From Squalus acanthias (taxonomy: Eukaryota), in assembly GCA_030390025.1 (NCBI GenBank), contig JASTWF010000034.1, forward strand, positions 1,860,001-1,924,000: a stretch of 64,000 bases of DNA. The letters run 5' to 3'. The translations under genes and the position numbers were made by a program. Positions 63,321-64,000 of the stretch are shown piece by piece; the stretch's first letter is position 1, and every line of letters starts with the position of its first letter. The notes beneath the pieces were generated by a model, which was given only the letters and a program-made list of their open reading frames with translations, did no database searches and was not told the DNA's origin.

Positions 63321-63639
63321 CAGTTGTCGATTAGCTCATTAGTTCTAATTCCCTTCTCTTTCCTATAGCTCTGTAATGTTTTTCATCCCGGTAGTTGTCT
63401 TTCTCCCTTTTGAAACTTACTATTGAATCTGCTTCCGCCACCCCTTCAGGCAGGGCAAACCAGATCACAGCAACTCGCTGTTTAAAAAATGTGGCCTAAC
63501 GTCACTTCTGGTTCTTTTGCAATTACCTTAAATCTTGGTTCTCTGGTTACCGACCCTTCAGTCACTGCAAACAGTTTCTCGTTATATACAATATCAAACC
63601 ATTCATGATTTTGAACACCTCTGTCATATCCTCTCTTAT

Positions 63640-64000
63640 CTTCCTCTGCTCGAAGGAGAACAACCCCAACTTCTCCAGTCGCTCCAGATAACAGAAGCCC
63701 CTCAGCCCTGGTACCAGTCTGGTAAATCTGCTCTTAGCCTTCTCTGCTCTAAAGAGAATAACCCCAACTTCACCAGTCTCTCCAGATAACAGAATTCCCT
63801 CATCCCTGGTACCATTCTGGTAAATCTGCTCTTAGCCTTCTCTGCTCGAAGGAGAACAACCCCAACTTCACCAGTCTCTCCAGATAACAGAAGCCCCTCA
63901 TCCCTGGCAGCATTCTGGTAAATCTGCTCTTAGCCTTCTCTGCTCTAAGGGGAACAACCCCAGCTTCTCCAGTCTCTCCAGATAACAGAAGCCCCTCATC
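63640..64000 (-). repeat. 98-bp tandem repeat derived from the CR1 ORF2 C-terminus, adjoining a decayed CR1 3' end (63330-63640)
   Basis: CTCTGCT recurs at 63644, 63742, 63840 and 63938. The minus strand encodes RFTRM.PGMRGFCYLERL.KLGLFS.EQRRLR. Confidence 0.85.

Overview
Repeat-dense vertebrate genomic DNA. The repeat families and a GPR139/GPR142-type receptor suggest a cartilaginous fish (inference). The only intact host coding sequence is the large terminal exon of a class A GPCR (4974-5875). A CpG-rich 27-bp tandem array of YY1-consensus motifs starts about 65 bp after its stop codon. The main feature is a ~10.1-kb decayed provirus (37555-47690). It has two TGTAG...CTACA LTRs, a tRNA-Lys-like PBS, CCHC gag, and pol with protease, RT, two RNase H domains and integrase. 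Its env has a signal peptide, a possible Ig-like domain, a furin site and a long F-protein-like TM subunit, which resembles lokiretroviruses rather than classical ERVs. The rest of the window holds many CR1 LINEs (one full-length with esterase ORF1), a Harbinger transposase remnant, a solo LTR and a tRNA-derived SINE. It also holds Penelope-like fragments carrying minimal hammerhead ribozyme motifs (one intact), several minisatellites, a ~4-5 kb inverted duplication and a tandem [satellite+CR1] triplication. All calls were made by eye, and many boundaries are approximate.
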